DNA of 53,965 bases, filler included, from Circinaria calcarea (lineage: Eukaryota): assembly GCA_051942165.1 (NCBI GenBank). It is 2 parts of 2 records of this genome, joined end to end, with 100 filler letters (N's around TTAATTAATTAA, not from the genome) between each part and the next. Parts side by side here need not be neighbours in the genome. Positions count along the whole stretch, not along the records: positions 1 to 26,943 come from JAVECS010000072.1; 1 more part is not named here. One strand, 5' to 3'. How positions within the stretch are numbered: position 1 is the stretch's first letter; the number at the start of each line of letters is the position of its first letter. Both the position numbers and the translations under genes were made by a program. Below, one piece after another: positions 1 through 13,950 of this stretch. The notes beneath the pieces are model-generated. The model searched no databases, was not told the origin of the DNA, and worked only from the letters and a program-made list of their open reading frames with translations.

Positions 1-369
1 GTGGATATGGGGGATGGGTGGGAGACGAAGAGGAGTCGGGAAGAGGGGCACGTGGATTGGGTGATTGTCAGGTTAGGGGCACGGGGAACGGTCACGAAAG
101 TGGTCGTCGATACCGCGCATTTCCGGGGGAATTTCCCGCCAAGGGTGACAGTCGAGGGCTTGGATGCGAGTGGGGAGATGGTCGAGACAGGAGACGCAAG
201 ATGGGTAGAGCTCTTGAGGGCGGAGAAGCTAGGCCCCGATCAGGAATTTGAATTTGGGTCGGCGGTGATGAGGAACGTGCAAGGAGGGAGGGCGTACACG
301 CATTTGAAGTTGACCATTATCCCCGACGGGGGAGTGAAGAGATTCCGGGCTTTTGGGACGAGAACTTGA
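1..369 (+). CDS. DAL2: Allantoicase, C-terminal part (5' truncated by window edge)
   Basis: Translation contains MGDGWETKRSR, VDTAHFRGNFP and IPDGGVKRFRAFG, the allantoicase repeat motifs. Stop TGA at 367-369. Confidence 0.9.
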   Translation: MDMGDGWETKRSREEGHVDWVIVRLGARGTVTKVVVDTAHFRGNFPPRVTVEGLDASGEMVETGDARWVELLRAEKLGPDQEFEFGSAVMRNVQGGRAYTHLKLTIIPDGGVKRFRAFGTRT

Positions 370-899
370 CGGAGAGAACACGAGTGGGAGTGAGAGTGGC
401 AAAGATAGGTTCAGAGCGATCATAGCGCCTTCGTGCTTCGCGAAGAGCTCGTACTCTTGTATTGCAGCACGAGCGCCTAGGTGTGCCGATGTCTATCTAG
501 GCCCTGAGGAGGATGCAAGTTCCTTGGATATCGAAGATATGCTTAGTATGCTGACTATGCTTTGGCAGTTGTCTTGACTGGAATCCTGTATGGCGAGATA
601 GTAAGAAGTCATCTACTCTGCCAGGGCCAAGGCTCGCCCGGTTGAGATACTCATACAAACATACGTGGTTGCTATAGGCCAAAAAGAGAAAGAGGAATCG
701 TGATAACATAGGATGTTCGTAAGGCACATGACAAAGAAAGCCCCAATCCGTCATTCATGCTAAATCCGTGATCCACCTGCCCTCAGAAGCGTAATCATTA
801 TCCTTCTTGTAATATATGTCTAGCAGCGACCGTTAGAAGAGTGCAGGGCGAGGTGCCAAGGAGAGAAAAGCAGGCTTGAACCACTCCCCCAAATGAAAA

Positions 900-3800
900 C
901 TATTCCAATTCTTTACTCCGGATCCTAATGATTTCGTCCGGCAAGGCAGCCATCCAGAGGCATCTCTCTATAGCGCCGTCCACGGGCTGAAAACGATACC
1001 GTGAGCTAGCATCAATTAGCTGAAGTAGGCTTTTTACGATGATTGCAGCTGTTCGATGCCGTTCAAAATTGACCAGCGGCTCAGCGCCTTGCGGGTTAGC
1101 AATCTGCGCTGGCTTCTGGGAGTTATAGGTAAGATCGTGTATGTAGAGAGCTAGATTGAGACGGTTAGAGCCTATACCAATCAATCTACCATGCATCAGC
1201 TGAAACATACCAACTACGGGAATACACCCGTCATCCGCGTTTGCCTTCTCCATTTCTAACCGAAGGTTATGGAAATTCTTGAGCGGTGTCACCAATGTCT
1301 CCAAATCTTGCAATATCTTCTTTTCCGCGGCCGGTATCATTTCCCAAGTTTTGGTGAGCCTGGTGCAATCGACAGATGTCAGGGCAATCGTCAGCTGAAG
1401 CAATGTAGCATAATTATGGATTTTCCGGCATTGCTGTGCGATATGGATATACTTCATAATGGTGAGCGCACGCTCTTCAATGTGTCGTGTCAAGATAATC
1501 TCCGACAAAGCCCACTTGACGATAACGTTGAAGCGAGCTGTGACTAGATCAATGCCTCTGGGGTCGTGCGTCTGAAGATAGTTGACCCAGTTGGTCACTT
1601 GTGGTGACGAATTACTCCAGCGCATGTCAACAAGATCTCTCCAGTCGATTTCATTTAGAGCGTCCTTCTCGATAATGGTGAACTGCTGCGCCAAAAGTTC
1701 CGAATCGTATCCCAGAATAAAGCAAAGGTGTAGCGAAGGTCGTCCTGGCTCTTGAATAAGACAACCGCCGTCTCTCGGCGCTGTCGGCAAGTCTGGCTCG
1801 ACATGCCGACTGACCGGAGATGGGTCTGGGGTTGGCGGTTTTCGCTGATCTTGTGCCTGACTTGCTTGTGACCTTATCAAAAGGGCGTTCTCTATAGTCA
1901 TTGGAGGAGAAGGCGGATGACAACCGAGATTCAACAGCGTTGTCTCTTGAGGCCCTTCGATAGGAGCTATCCAACCTTCACTCATGGCACCATCGTCATC
2001 GTCCATGTCTGAAGATAGATCACTAAGGAACTCATCTTCATCAAGTAGGAATGAATCCGTAGTCGCAGTTGGAGCATGCGATCCATGCCTGAGTCTTCTA
2101 ATACTCTCATTCTCAAGCGCACGCCCAGTTGATGTAGGTCTAGCAAACAAAGGTCGTGGTATTGATGTAGATCTTAACTCTTGAAAAGATTGCTTTTCAG
2201 CCTGTCGACCGCTCAGGTCTCTTTCTAGCAGTGGAATGGACTTGTACGACCCTTCCGAAGCCACGGAACGGGACGAAGGCGCAACTCCATTCCGAACACC
2301 GGTGTCTGTCAAGGGTTGTGAATCAGCATTGGCAGAGTGGCCCTGCTCCGAGTCGGGTGAGTTCTCAAGTCGTGGCACATCTGTGACTCTGATCTTACTC
2401 ATATGCTCGGGTTGGTGATGCTGCATGTCCAGATTTGCCTTTGTCACATGCTGTTGCGTGCTGCATTGATCATCCCACGCAGAATCATGGACATGGGATG
2501 GTGGTGGTGACGATGCTGGCTCCGTAGGGCTTCTTTGATATTTGCCCTCAAGCTTCAATAAGGTAGCTTCTATGCCCCCTTCTTCATCATCGGGAATGCG
2601 AGCGAACTCTGCCACTGCGGCTTCGAAGGATGGACGGCGCAAGGCCGGTTGAGATGAATGAGTATGAACAAGTGACGGTGACCTTTTAGGCATAATGCCA
2701 AGAGGCTGCGTCACACAAGAGGATACGCGGAGCGAAGGTTTATGACTTGGCATATTCCGTGTAATCCTATTATTGCCAGGCTGAAGGAAAGCAGAACCCC
2801 TCGAAGAATCCGTACATGTCGTTATAGATCCAGTTGACCGGGCTTTTGCTAACTGTTTTAGGTCATGCACATTTTGATTTGCTCGAAGGTTACCACCTGG
2901 TCGTCGGCGAAGCGAGTGAGGAGGAGGTCCGTCAAAGATATCAGTTGCTAAGCCTATACTGGCGTCCATGTTGTTTGTAGCATCAGAGTTGTTTTCCGGG
3001 ACATGTCTCGTGAAGATGCTTTGAAAAGAGGCATATCTCCTGAGGGATAACGATCCCGATTTGTTAGATTTGAATGATTGCCCTCGACCGTTTGTTGAAA
3101 GCCTTGGGCATTCTGACTTAAAGCCGGTGTATTTCGTTGCAGTTGTACTTGGATGCTGCTTTTGGTTCTCTGCTCCTTTAGCATCTTCAAGAGAAGAGAG
3201 AAGTAGCGGGTTTTTGCCAAGTTCATCATGTCCAACAAGATCAGTGATGAGCGGAAAGTTCTCAGTTGACGGATCAGCAGATAGGGGAGGCGTTACTGAT
3301 CGTGTCATTGTGAAAGAATCGTGTCCTTTTCTAGCCGAATCTCCTCCAATGGCCCTGCCTTCAGATACAGTCGAAAACTGCGGCAAACTTGGTCCTGTGT
3401 CATCAACGATGAAGATCGATTGGCTGCCATTGGTTACCTCACTATGCAACCTATGGAAGTCGTTTGGGCGGAGACTTGCAACAGGGGTTGGCTGCTCAGG
3501 CAAGGCCCCATGCAGCCTGGACTGGATCTCGTTTCCAAGGGCTAAACCAGTATGACTTAGACGTTGAAGATTCTGCTCGGATTGCCTTTCCAGTGCTTGA
3601 CGAAAGGCCTCCCCAACATCTGCAGCAAGTAAGTCAATACGCGTATTCGATCTGGAACCTCCCATCGGACTACTAAATTCTGCTTGGTATACCAAATTTG
3701 ATGGTAAAGCAGAACTTTTGCCAATCGAGAGCGAAGGTACCGACCCGTCGGTTCCACTCGGGTTCATAGAGACGTTGCTCCCACTGTACTTGCGACTCAA

Positions 3801-6173
3801 TGCACGACGGATACTTCCCAGCAAAGTTTTGACCCCAGGAGCGTTTGGTGCACCAAGCTTTCTACTATCATACGTGTCGTCATCTTGATCCTGGGAGGGG
3901 AAATTGACGGTGGGAAGCTCTATTGCTGGTGTTGTTGGGGCAAAGGTCCGCACGTATGGCTGGACTGGAAGAACAAGATTACCGCGTATCAAGCTCCCCG
4001 AATATGGATAAGCCATGCAAATTTGACCATCTGAAGTTCCTTTTCCCCCAGAGGATAGAGAAGCACGATTGTCTCTGGCCGCGTCGGAAAAGCTTCCACT
4101 CCGTTTATGCCCTGTCCTCGAATGCTTTGCTTTTTCGTTGGCAGCTGCTGATGGTGCTGCAGGGCAGATGCGATGACTCTCGAATGCAGCTGACGCTGAA
4201 TAGCTGGCTGGACCACGACTTGCTTGGGTTACCATTTTCCTAAAGCCTTTCGCGGGAATCGTGCAGGACATCACTTGGATACTCTGCTCACTAATGGGCG
4301 AGATCGGTAGACTTCGAATGGTCGTCGCGGAATATTGCCTAGTAGAACCTTGCACGCTACCGGGCTCTGCTTGGCCCGTAACTTGCCTGGATTGTGGCGG
4401 TCTAACGCCTAATATCTTGGGACGCAGTTGACTGGGGTGGCTGAGTTGACTATTCCGGCTCCCGGAAATACCACCGGGGTGGATGAATATGTCTTGTTGG
4501 TTGTCATTTCGAGCCTCTGGGTAGTCCCAATAGAGAGCACACCGGCCATTCCAGCATTTCTTCAGATCCGATATCAGCTTCATGTCACTGTTTCCATAGT
4601 TGACTCTGCCTCGAACGATCTTGGTTAGCTCGTTTAGCCGATCACAAAACTGGACTCGGAGATCACGGTCGAGCACAAAATCATACGAAAAGTAGTTGAG
4701 TATCCAATGACGTAGAGCGGCGAAAGCCCGAACCCTAATAACCCGGCCATTGTCATCGAAGCGGTTGATGGCCCATTCGAAACGCGCCACTAGGTAAGAG
4801 AGCAAATCTTTTGTCGTAAGGTACGCCCGGACAGTGAGAAAGAAGTCCGAAAGCAACTCGTAATCGAGAAAATTTTCCGACGTGACCTGAGCAATGATCC
4901 TAGCAGGAGAAGCAGCAATGATTTCCTTTGTCATTGGGGCGTATCGTACAATGGATGGATCATCGGGATTAGCAGCTAAATCATCGAATACAGCTGGCAG
5001 AATCGACTTTTTGCGTTGGTGATTCGCCTCGGGCGTAATGATGGTCGAATCTGCAGCTCCGTGAGGTGCAGAGCTAATCTGAATGGCGTAGGATTGCGGC
5101 GAGGTGTGAGAATGTCGACGCGAAAGCACCGAACGCGGGTCCATACCTGAGGGTGGTGGAAACAACTGATCATAGTCTCCGGTGGTCAAGACTGAAGACC
5201 GTGGATCCTCACCAGTCGTTGATGACCCAGTGTACACAGAACTATGCAAGAAAGCAGTTCCTCTAGCACTGAATCTGGGCGTACCTAGTCGATAGTGTGG
5301 GATAGGGACTTCGAGCGTCGGTAGAGAAGTCCTCTGGGTTCTTGATGATCTGAAGATTGAGTCGGTTTGATTGATGGCGACCTTGAAGGCACCTGACTCA
5401 AGGCCTTGATTGATCAACTGAGTGTCAATTGTGGATTGCGATAGGGAACGAGCCCTACCACCGGGACCGTCCGTCCTTGACTCCGCCACTCGCGTATTGG
5501 AATATGGAAGGTTCATATGCTGGATGGGTGTGGAGGCTGACGTATATGTCCAAATACTATCGCGAGACTGTTCCTCCAATGCCTGCCGAATGTCGGCATC
5601 TGATGTCGAACTACTCGGCGGAGTCACCGGAGGAAATAAACACAACGGGCTTTGAGACTTTGCCGGCACAGGGCGTTGAGTCGGTCTACAAAGCACGTAA
5701 CGTTAGTTAAACAGGATTCGGATCACGTTATAGCCTGGTTTAGTTGCATCCTTGGAGGTTTTATCATGAGAGGCGAACCTTAGGTAGATCATCCCGTTGT
5801 TACCCACGTTGCCAACAGTGAATTTCCTCCCTTCCCTTCCGCCAGGAATCCCTTCTGCTGCAAAAACGGCTTTCTTCGGCAGCTGGGTTTGCAAGGATCG
5901 CTCTCGCAACGCATCAGTACTGTCCTTTATGCGACGTAGTGAGTTCTGCCGGCTTTTGCCAATGGACTTCTGTGAAGGTGTGTTTCTACGGTCGCTTCCA
6001 GTCTTGGCCTTGGTGATGGCAGACCGTGATATTCCTGCTTGAACAGATTCCACAGCACGCGTCCGCTGTTCGACACCAAGCTCGTTTCTTTTTCGTTTTC
6101 CCGACCCTCCGTTTAGCTTTCCCTTGCGATAGGCCGTTTCAGACTCCTGGGCTGAGGGCAGTGCCGCCGCCAT
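900..6173 (-). CDS. LTE1: Lte1-like Ras-family guanine nucleotide exchange factor (RasGEF_N/REM + RasGEF domains)
   Basis: REM motif (LLSDFFLTVRAYL, RAFAALRHWILNYF) and C-terminal CDC25-type GEF domain (LAQQFTIIEKDAL, IHNYATLLQLTIAL, GCIP). Inferred introns are 5686-5778 (GTTCGC..CTAAC..TAG; joins YLR|PTQ) and 1151-1210 (GTATGT..CTAAC..TAG). Confidence 0.85.
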
Positions 6174-7565
6174 AGCAGGTCTTCAACGACCCAAAGCGCA
6201 ATGCAAACACCTTTCGAGCTCCAACTTCCTGAAATTCCAAGGGGCCGTACTTTACATGCCAGCGTAGTGGTGATTTGAAGTTGGGGACGATTGAAGACCA
6301 GCAGTCGGTCAAAAGACTACGTCGGAAGGTAGGTATCCGGCAGATGGCTTCATATGTCCATGGTAATTCTAAACGATAGCAGACGCGGGAGACTCGAGTA
6401 GGCCAGTTAGTCGACAGAGGGACGGCGAATCTCCTCACTGCCGAGGCAGAGTTCGAGAATTCGAAAATTCACAGGGGGATGGCAGAAATGGAGGCCGATG
6501 GCGGTTGGCACCGAGGACAAGGGAAAGATGATGCGCTGGAAGACGAGAAGTCGTCGTCGGCTCAATTATTCGATGGATGTGCGCAGAACGCCAAGGACAG
6601 ACCAGCTGTTCAGTCTAACCCGCTGCAGTAAGGGGAGTCACGTAGATTCCAAATGTAAAATACGGACCATCCTACTACTTCGACCATGAGTCAGCAATTT
6701 GTAAGATCCACTTGGCTTGGACCAAAGACTGCTGCACGTCAAACCGGCGTTTGGCTATCACAGACTCATCAGCATACTTCAGAATGAGTTTCCTATCGTT
6801 ACTTTACGCACGGGTACTACTGTACGACGAAATAGCTCAGGCCTTTGCAAAACACTAGGGTTACCTAAGAAGAAATGGTGCTTGAGAGCCGCCGCAGCTT
6901 GCAAGTTAAGAAGTCAAAATGGAGAGAGACTCCTTGGGAAGTTCAACACCTCTTTACCCCTGGGCATCGAGCTCGAGTGATAGGATAGTGTTCTGTTGTG
7001 CAAATCAGCTGATTTGTAATGACATAGCATCTCTAAGACAGTAGTAGTAGGAGGTCAAGTATCGTTTTGGACATGGCAGACTCTGAAAGAGAAGATATCA
7101 CCTAGACTATTATTTCCGTGGAGTAGGTTTGTTGTCGATGGATTACAATTATTGGGGGAATAGTACAGCCCAAACACAACAATCAGTTGACTTGACTCGT
7201 CAAGTAAAGCAGCATTTGGACGCCTGCACAACCCCGAAATCCGAGAAAAGACCAAATCGACAAGGTAACCCCTACTATATACTCTAAAACCAGGGTTAAG
7301 CTGCCCTTATACCTGATGGTTGTGTCAGATGTAGCTATGGATCTACCAAATAACTCATATCGATAGTAGAAGCTTCTCGTAATCCCCTATGCTAGTCTGA
7401 GTAGGTACATAAAGAACTTATTTCTCTTTGGTGCTGGAGGCAATACTTCTGAGACCTTTCCTTCACATTTTTGTGAAGTGGGATTGTAGACTCATTGGGC
7501 GAGTCAGATGCTTCTTATATCCATCGTTGCCTTGTACGATGGTGTAAGGTTGGAGTAGTCGGTTC

Positions 7566-8683
7566 CTAATCCCCAACACCCAGGCTGAAGCCCGTCGAGC
7601 CTGGTACATGTGCAAATTGCCTGCTGTACCTTCCGCCTGGTCCGGCTTCCCAACCAACTCCATCTTTACGTCGGTGTGAACTTCCTCGACCTATGCTGTT
7701 ACTTCTCCTATCTCGATGATGAGATTTTCCATTTCCAGCACGAGAGCTGCGTGTACCATCACCATCAGCACCCACCGCATCTAACCGAAAGCAATTCAGG
7801 TCGTCATCGCTTCCTCGTCGTTTCTTCCTCCTGTGCCTTCTTCTTTTTGCCTCAGCTAGATCCTTCATTTCTCGTGCCCTCTCTTCTCTCCATCTCTTCC
7901 TCTCCTTCTCGACTTGCCTTAAGCCCTGCACTCCCCTTTGCATCATCACCAGCGGATCATCCGCTACAATTCGCATATGCTCACGCTCCTTACGTCTTGG
8001 GTCCTCATTTCCCCAAACGTCGTTGCTGATTGCTCCCTCTTGCTGTTCTTCTGCAGTCGCCGGATCATGATACCACGGCTTGCGACCGACGGCTTGCTTG
8101 AAACCGGCTGCATTCGAGAAGCGCATCGTATACTGATCCTCGTACTCCTTTTTTGTTTTCGCAGCTTCAGCTTCTGCTTCTGCGTTTTTGGGCGCACGAT
8201 GTCGAGATCCTTCAACCGGGAAAAGATTAATATGTCCAGCTCGATCTGTCAATGGCACGTCACTGGTTGCCTTCCATATCAGTTGTCCATCGGACCCCTT
8301 TAATGACCCCTGCTGGTTATGATTGGCCAAGCGCATATCCCGATTTGTATCGTCTTCTCCTTCGATTCGCCTCCTTTTCCGCTCTCTGCCAAACCCATTA
8401 CCATTCTCATTCCGACTGATATTCCCAATAGAGTCGGCTTCAGCCGGGGATGCGGATTCATATGGTAAGCCCCTTAAGGTACGTATTCGGCGCTCGGCAT
8501 CGACCTCTTGCATGCGCCGCTCCTCCTCGGCTTCTCGGGCAGCAGCCGCGCTTTCATCGCGTTTGACCTTTTCAATGTTGGCAGAGTTGTAGACGTTCCA
8601 AGATTTCTTGCCAAGTAGATGTCTAGAAAAGCAGTTAGTCAGAGAATATGGAATGAGAGTGGAGCGTTTCCAAACAGAGGCAT
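7566..8683 (-). CDS. CIR_N (CBF1-interacting corepressor N-terminal) domain protein, probable splicing-associated factor
   Basis: ATG at 8683, 8-nt first exon and intron 8623-8675 (GTTTGG..CTAAC..TAG) give MPLHLLGKKSWNVYNSANIEKVKRDE, the CIR_N signature. Later motifs are EDQYTMRFSNAAG and DDPL. Confidence 0.8.
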
Positions 8684-9054
8684 TAGAGAGATCACCAAGA
8701 CAGATTTAAGGACTATACAAGTATTATCCCATTACTAGTATTATTTACTACGTTATGACTTTCAGTCCTAAAGATGAGGATATTCGTGGTTGCTTTTGGA
8801 AAGTAGAAAGGCAGGGAAGGAGGGTCGTGTCCGTCATAAATCGGCTATAGGGCTGTAGGGCTATGTTTAATGTGCCACAAACTACACGTATCGTTCCAGA
8901 AGATGCGACGTTCTCCCATGAACTCATATGCATAAAGAAGAGCCACGTACCTTATCCAACGTTGAACACGACTAATATTCTAGGATAACGCAGCAAGCGG
9001 ACGGTGTAACATCACGAATTCTGGGTGTGATAAACCCGCGCGGCTGCCTTTAAC

Positions 9055-11619
9055 ATGTTTTCCCGCAACCCTCGACCAAACCCTCCTTCCCGTCAGCAAC
9101 TTTCGCAGCCAGGACCATATGATCGGATACCTCCAAGTAGTGGTGATAACTACCCATATAGTCAGCCAACTTCAGCTATTGAAAGAGGTGCCAATAGTGA
9201 CATACCACTAGAAAAATCGGATTTTTCGAGAGAACCTCCGACCAATCAAAGAATGAATCGGAGTGAGAGCCACAGAAGCGGAGGCCAGGTATGGCAGCTG
9301 AGGCCGGCCAAAAGTCCCGCAAACCAATTCACGTTTGGTAACATGTAAGGAAGCCTCTCTTGCCGGTAGTAGGCCTTTACTTAGCCCTAACCTAGTGTCC
9401 AGCGTCGCTGTCTCGCCATTCGATTTTCCCCCTTCTCGAGATGGCGGAGACTTCCACGTGATACTCAACGACCTATACGTCCTTAGTGCAAGGCTATTCG
9501 ATGGCTTCCCTCAAGGATATATAAGCCTGTCCGACCCTATGAGGACCTGGGCATCAATTAGCCTCCAGGATGTAGTTAGCGTAAAGCTATACGATCCCTT
9601 CACAGAAGGGGGACATCGGTATCTTGGTTCGGTGGACGCAGAAATAGGCTTTGCGGGAAAGAAGTCAACGGAGGCTCCGTTTGATCAGGACGAGCTCGCG
9701 CAATATTTCACCAAAGTGGGTGCAGAATCTGTACAACCCCTATCAGCTTCTTACTTTAACAGAACTACGAGAATCAAATATTTGCACCTGGTCAACGACT
9801 CATCATGGACTACAAGAGTCTACCCCTGCTATTCATCATCAAAACTGTTCAGCTTGGCGATCTGTCTATGAATAAAGATTACGTCGCCGAAAGTTTGACG
9901 ATCCCGACGGCTCGCGGCATCCTGACTCGCGGGACTCATATGAACTTCTTTAAAGATGCGAGGTCCGGTATCAACCTAAAGGCATCGACTCGCAGACCCG
10001 CTGCCAATGCCATTCTCCAACCATCATTCAAGTTCGAGGATATGGGCATCGGAGGCTTGGACAAAGAATTCAGTGCCATTTTCCGGAGAGCCTTCGCCTC
10101 GCGTATTTTTCCACCAGGCTTGATCCAAAACATGGGCGTCCAGCATGTCAAAGGCATCCTGCTCTACGGGTCACCGGGGACAGGCAAAACGTTGATCGCC
10201 AGGAAGATTGGTCAAATGCTCAATGCGCGTGAACCAAAGGTTATTAACGGTCCGGAAGTACTGAATAAGTACGTTGGACAATCGGAAGAAAATATACGGA
10301 AGCTGTTTGCCGATGCTGAAAAAGAATATAAGGAGAAAGGTGACGAGAGCGGTCTGCACATCATTATCTTCGACGAACTAGATGCCGTGTGTAAGCAACG
10401 GGGTAGTGGAGCGGGAGGCGGTACCGGTGTGGGTGACAGTGTTGTCAATCAGTTACTCTCAAAGCTAGATGGGGTGGATCAGCTAAATAACATTCTCTTG
10501 ATTGGGATGACAAATCGAAAAGACATGATTGATGAAGCACTACTCCGTTCTGGCCGTCTCGAAGTACATATGGAAATCTCTTTGCCCGATGAAGCTGGGC
10601 GCGTGCAAATCCTAAAGATTCATACCGCCCAAATGCGGAAACACGGCAATTTGGACCCCGACGTTGACATGGCGGAGATAGCCCGCTTGACCAAGAACTT
10701 CAGCGGAGCAGAAATTGCCGGACTCGTCCGCTCAGCTACATCTTTCGCACTGAACCGGCATGTCAAGGTAGGTACCATGGCTGGAGTTGCGGATGATGTA
10801 GACAAGGTTACGGTAAACCGCAATGACTTCGAACATGCCTTTGACGACGTGAAGCCTGCGTTTGGCGTGTCAGAAGAAGAACTACAGACCTGTCTTACCG
10901 GTGGCATCATTCATTTCTCCCCTTTCATTGATAACATACTCGACGAAGGTCGACTCATTGTCCAACAAGTTCAGCAACCAGATTCGACGCCCCTTTTCAG
11001 CGCAATCCTCCATGGGCCGCCTGGAAGCGGCAAGACTGCCCTGGCAGCTAAAATGGCGCTCGACAGCCAATATCCCTTCATCAAATTGTGCAGTCCAAAT
11101 AACATGGTTGGATTCAGCGAACCAATGAAAATCGAGTACCTACGCAAGACATTTGATGATGCCTATAAAAGCCCCCTGAGTGTTGTGCTGATCGACAACA
11201 TTGAGCGCATACTCGAATGGGTGCCTATTGGACCACGCTTTAGCAACTCGGTCCTGCAAGCCCTCATGGTCCTTTTTAAAAAACAACCCCCTAAAGGCCG
11301 CCGGCTCCTAATACTCGCTACGACCACTGAGCGATCGGTGCTGCAGCAACTTGATCTCTTTACTTCGTTTGACTCAGATATTGCAGTGCCCAATGTCAGC
11401 AGCCACGAGGAGCTTGCACATATCCTAAGGCGGTCAGGCGCGTTCGAAGATCCAGAGCGAGCGATCTCAGAGCTACGGAGTTTGACAAAGAGTAAAAGTG
11501 TGGGAGTTGGCATCAAGAAGATCTTACTAGGCATTGAAACAGCAAAACAAGATAGAGATATGGTTGGTAGGTTTGTGAATGTCATTGCTAGGGCAGTTGC
11601 ACAATCGGGTTTCGCGTAG
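9055..11619 (+). CDS. SEC18: Vesicle-fusing AAA+ ATPase NSF/Sec18
   Basis: Two AAA modules (GSPGTGKT/IIIFDE; GPPGSGKT) and the motif FRRAFASRIFPP. Introns 9345-9402 and 9716-9762 join the three ORF segments in frame. Confidence 0.95.
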
Positions 11620-11954
11620 TGCTACTGCTTACAATACTTCCGAAGCGACGCCGAATAGTGGATTCGTCCGCCTATGGCTTTGGGTAGATATAGATATCGA
11701 GTACTCTTTTCGCCCAATTAGTTATCAACATTTATAAATAACTACCTACACATAAAATCTCACATTGAAGTTGAAAATGGCTAAATGAACCTATCGTAAA
11801 GCTGTAGGTAACTACGACACCTTCACCAACCATTATCTAACTCGACGTCCGCTGCTCTCTACCCACTCTTCTCTCAACGCCACTCTTCACTTATCTCGCC
11901 TCGGACCTAAACTTCTTTCAAATCTGTCCCCACTTACCAAGTGGCACATCAGCA

Positions 11955-12635
11955 ATGGATCTAGACCCAGAGGTGGCCTTACAAATGGGATTCACTTCCT
12001 TCGGAGCCCGGCCCAAGGCCAAGAAACGTAAATATGATTCAGCTGCGGATACCACCACCGATCAGCCACCCACTCTTGCTTCGTCCGGATGCGGAAGAGG
12101 AGGGGGTACTCGTGGCGGCAGTGGAAGCAACGTTACGCCTCTAGGCTCGACTCGAAGCAAGCAAGGAATGCTGGGTGATGCGGTGGAAGAAGACAATCGG
12201 GCAGGGTCCAGTGTCGTTGCGGGACCGGGGGCTGCTCAGAGTGATAAATCTGTAAGCGAGGATAGGGGAGCGCAGGGCAGAGACGATGAATACGAAGAAC
12301 CGGGTTACGTGGACGACACCCCACCGGAAAGCCCACTTCCTAGCCTTGAGGGAGAACATACTCAGCTCGCAGAGGTCCACGAGCATCGACCGCACGTCCT
12401 TCATCCGCCCGAGTCCGAGGTGAATATGACGGGACGACCAATGGCGGAAGGTGAAGGTGCCAGGGCCCTGGTAGAGAGGGGCAAAGGGCTGGCTTCAGAC
12501 GTGCCGGGACAGCGGTATGATTGGGCAGCATTGCGAAGAGGGGTACGGAATCAACAAGGAGACATTGCATACTACGACCGGAGCTTTATGGAGGATCCTT
12601 GGGAGGGATTGATTGGCGTGCGGGGGAACCGATGA
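11955..12635 (+). CDS. Hypothetical fungal protein (226 aa)
   Basis: ATG-initiated uninterrupted ORF. N-terminus has MGFTSFG plus an NLS-like KAKKRK; C-terminus has LRRGVRN..GDIAYYDRSFMEDPW; the middle is low complexity. Confidence 0.7.
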   Translation: MDLDPEVALQMGFTSFGARPKAKKRKYDSAADTTTDQPPTLASSGCGRGGGTRGGSGSNVTPLGSTRSKQGMLGDAVEEDNRAGSSVVAGPGAAQSDKSVSEDRGAQGRDDEYEEPGYVDDTPPESPLPSLEGEHTQLAEVHEHRPHVLHPPESEVNMTGRPMAEGEGARALVERGKGLASDVPGQRYDWAALRRGVRNQQGDIAYYDRSFMEDPWEGLIGVRGNR

Positions 12636-13232
12636 GCGGAATGCCGGAAAGGAGTGAAGACTACTGGAAAAGGAAAAATATGCTCTGCTACCAGGTAACA
12701 CAGATGAGGTTACCAAAAGACTCATGGTATACAGACCATGACAGGTTCAAGCTACAGGGAAGGTTTCACGTGCTAACCACATAAGCAAAAGGTGGCCCGC
12801 CTGATGCAGTGGCCTGATATGGACGTCTCCTCAGAAGTGTTTTATAAACAGTAAGGGCTCCATACGTCTCAGAGCTGATATCCTGGTAAAGAGCCTCTCA
12901 AACGATCAAAGTGAGTTGCTTCATCTAAACTAAAGATAGTACCCTCCAAACTTCCAGGACGCCTACCGCACATAGTGTGTCAAACGATCGCCATGTGCCG
13001 CGTGTAATAGGCGAATAAGGCATTAGACAGGGCCGCCAACAGGCGCGCCTGGAGCAAGGGTACTCCACAACCACGAGTAAAAGCAGCGAGAGATTTTCCT
13101 AACGACAACCGCGAAACATGAGTAAACGCGGAGAGGCGTGACGCCACCTCGTTGAGTATATCAGATAAAAGATAGTAGATTTTGCACGAGCCATTACTCT
13201 TCGAAATCGTATCTGCCCGTGAAAGAGAGCGA

Positions 13233-13950
13233 TCAAATATCAAGGGCCGGGGGATAACGTTCGCTAGCTGTTTTATATTCTGAGGGATATTTGCGAGCGG
13301 CCTGGGCATTTAGTCCGCTAAGAGCCTATCAGTCTCCGGCTCATTGCTGTCTTATGTGGAGGTCTTTGAACAGGATATGGTTTCTAGACAATGCGTACCT
13401 GACACGTTTTTGGGTCCAGTTAAGATCCCGTTTAACTTCTTTGGCAGCTTTAATTCCGTCGGCAACGTTGGCACGAGTGCCTTTGAGACGTCGTTGGGCT
13501 AGAGCCTGCAACTCGAGCAACTCCCGATGCTTGGCATTCAATTCACCAGATCTGTATGGCGTTAGTCACTCGGATAGTCAAAGGAGTCACATTAAGGATG
13601 ACCAAGCAAATACCAAACACTCACGTTTGTGCCTGCCTGGCCAGACTCCTGTCCAGTGGTAAAGGATCGATAGCGTTGCTCAAGCGATCGGTCATCATAT
13701 CGATCAAGTCTACGCTGCCAGTGCCCACGGTCGAGCCTTCGTGCTCGCCTGGGGAACTACCAGCATAGCTGCTGGACGTTAGGGAGGGGACCGCGGAAGT
13801 TCTGACACTCGAGCCAGGACTGGGAAGAGCCACAGGAATACGGTTGCAGCCGGATTTCTGGACGGGGACGGCATAGTATGGTGATTTGGTGGGCGTGGAG
13901 ATAGGTAAGTCTGAGGGGGTGGGCCGATAGACAACTTGCGTGGCAGGCAT
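13233..13950 (-). CDS. KXD1: KxDL-domain protein (BLOC-1/BORC subunit Kxd1)
   Basis: Exons 13950-13625, 13551-13399 and 13317-13233 with canonical introns. Translation includes DRSLARQAQT|SGELNAK..EVKRDLNWTQKRV|S..KYPSEY, containing the KxDL motif (KRDL). Confidence 0.85.

Noticed and set aside
353..754. Short ORFs between allantoicase and LTE1
   Set aside because: They lie in convergent 3' UTR space and have no recognisable domain.
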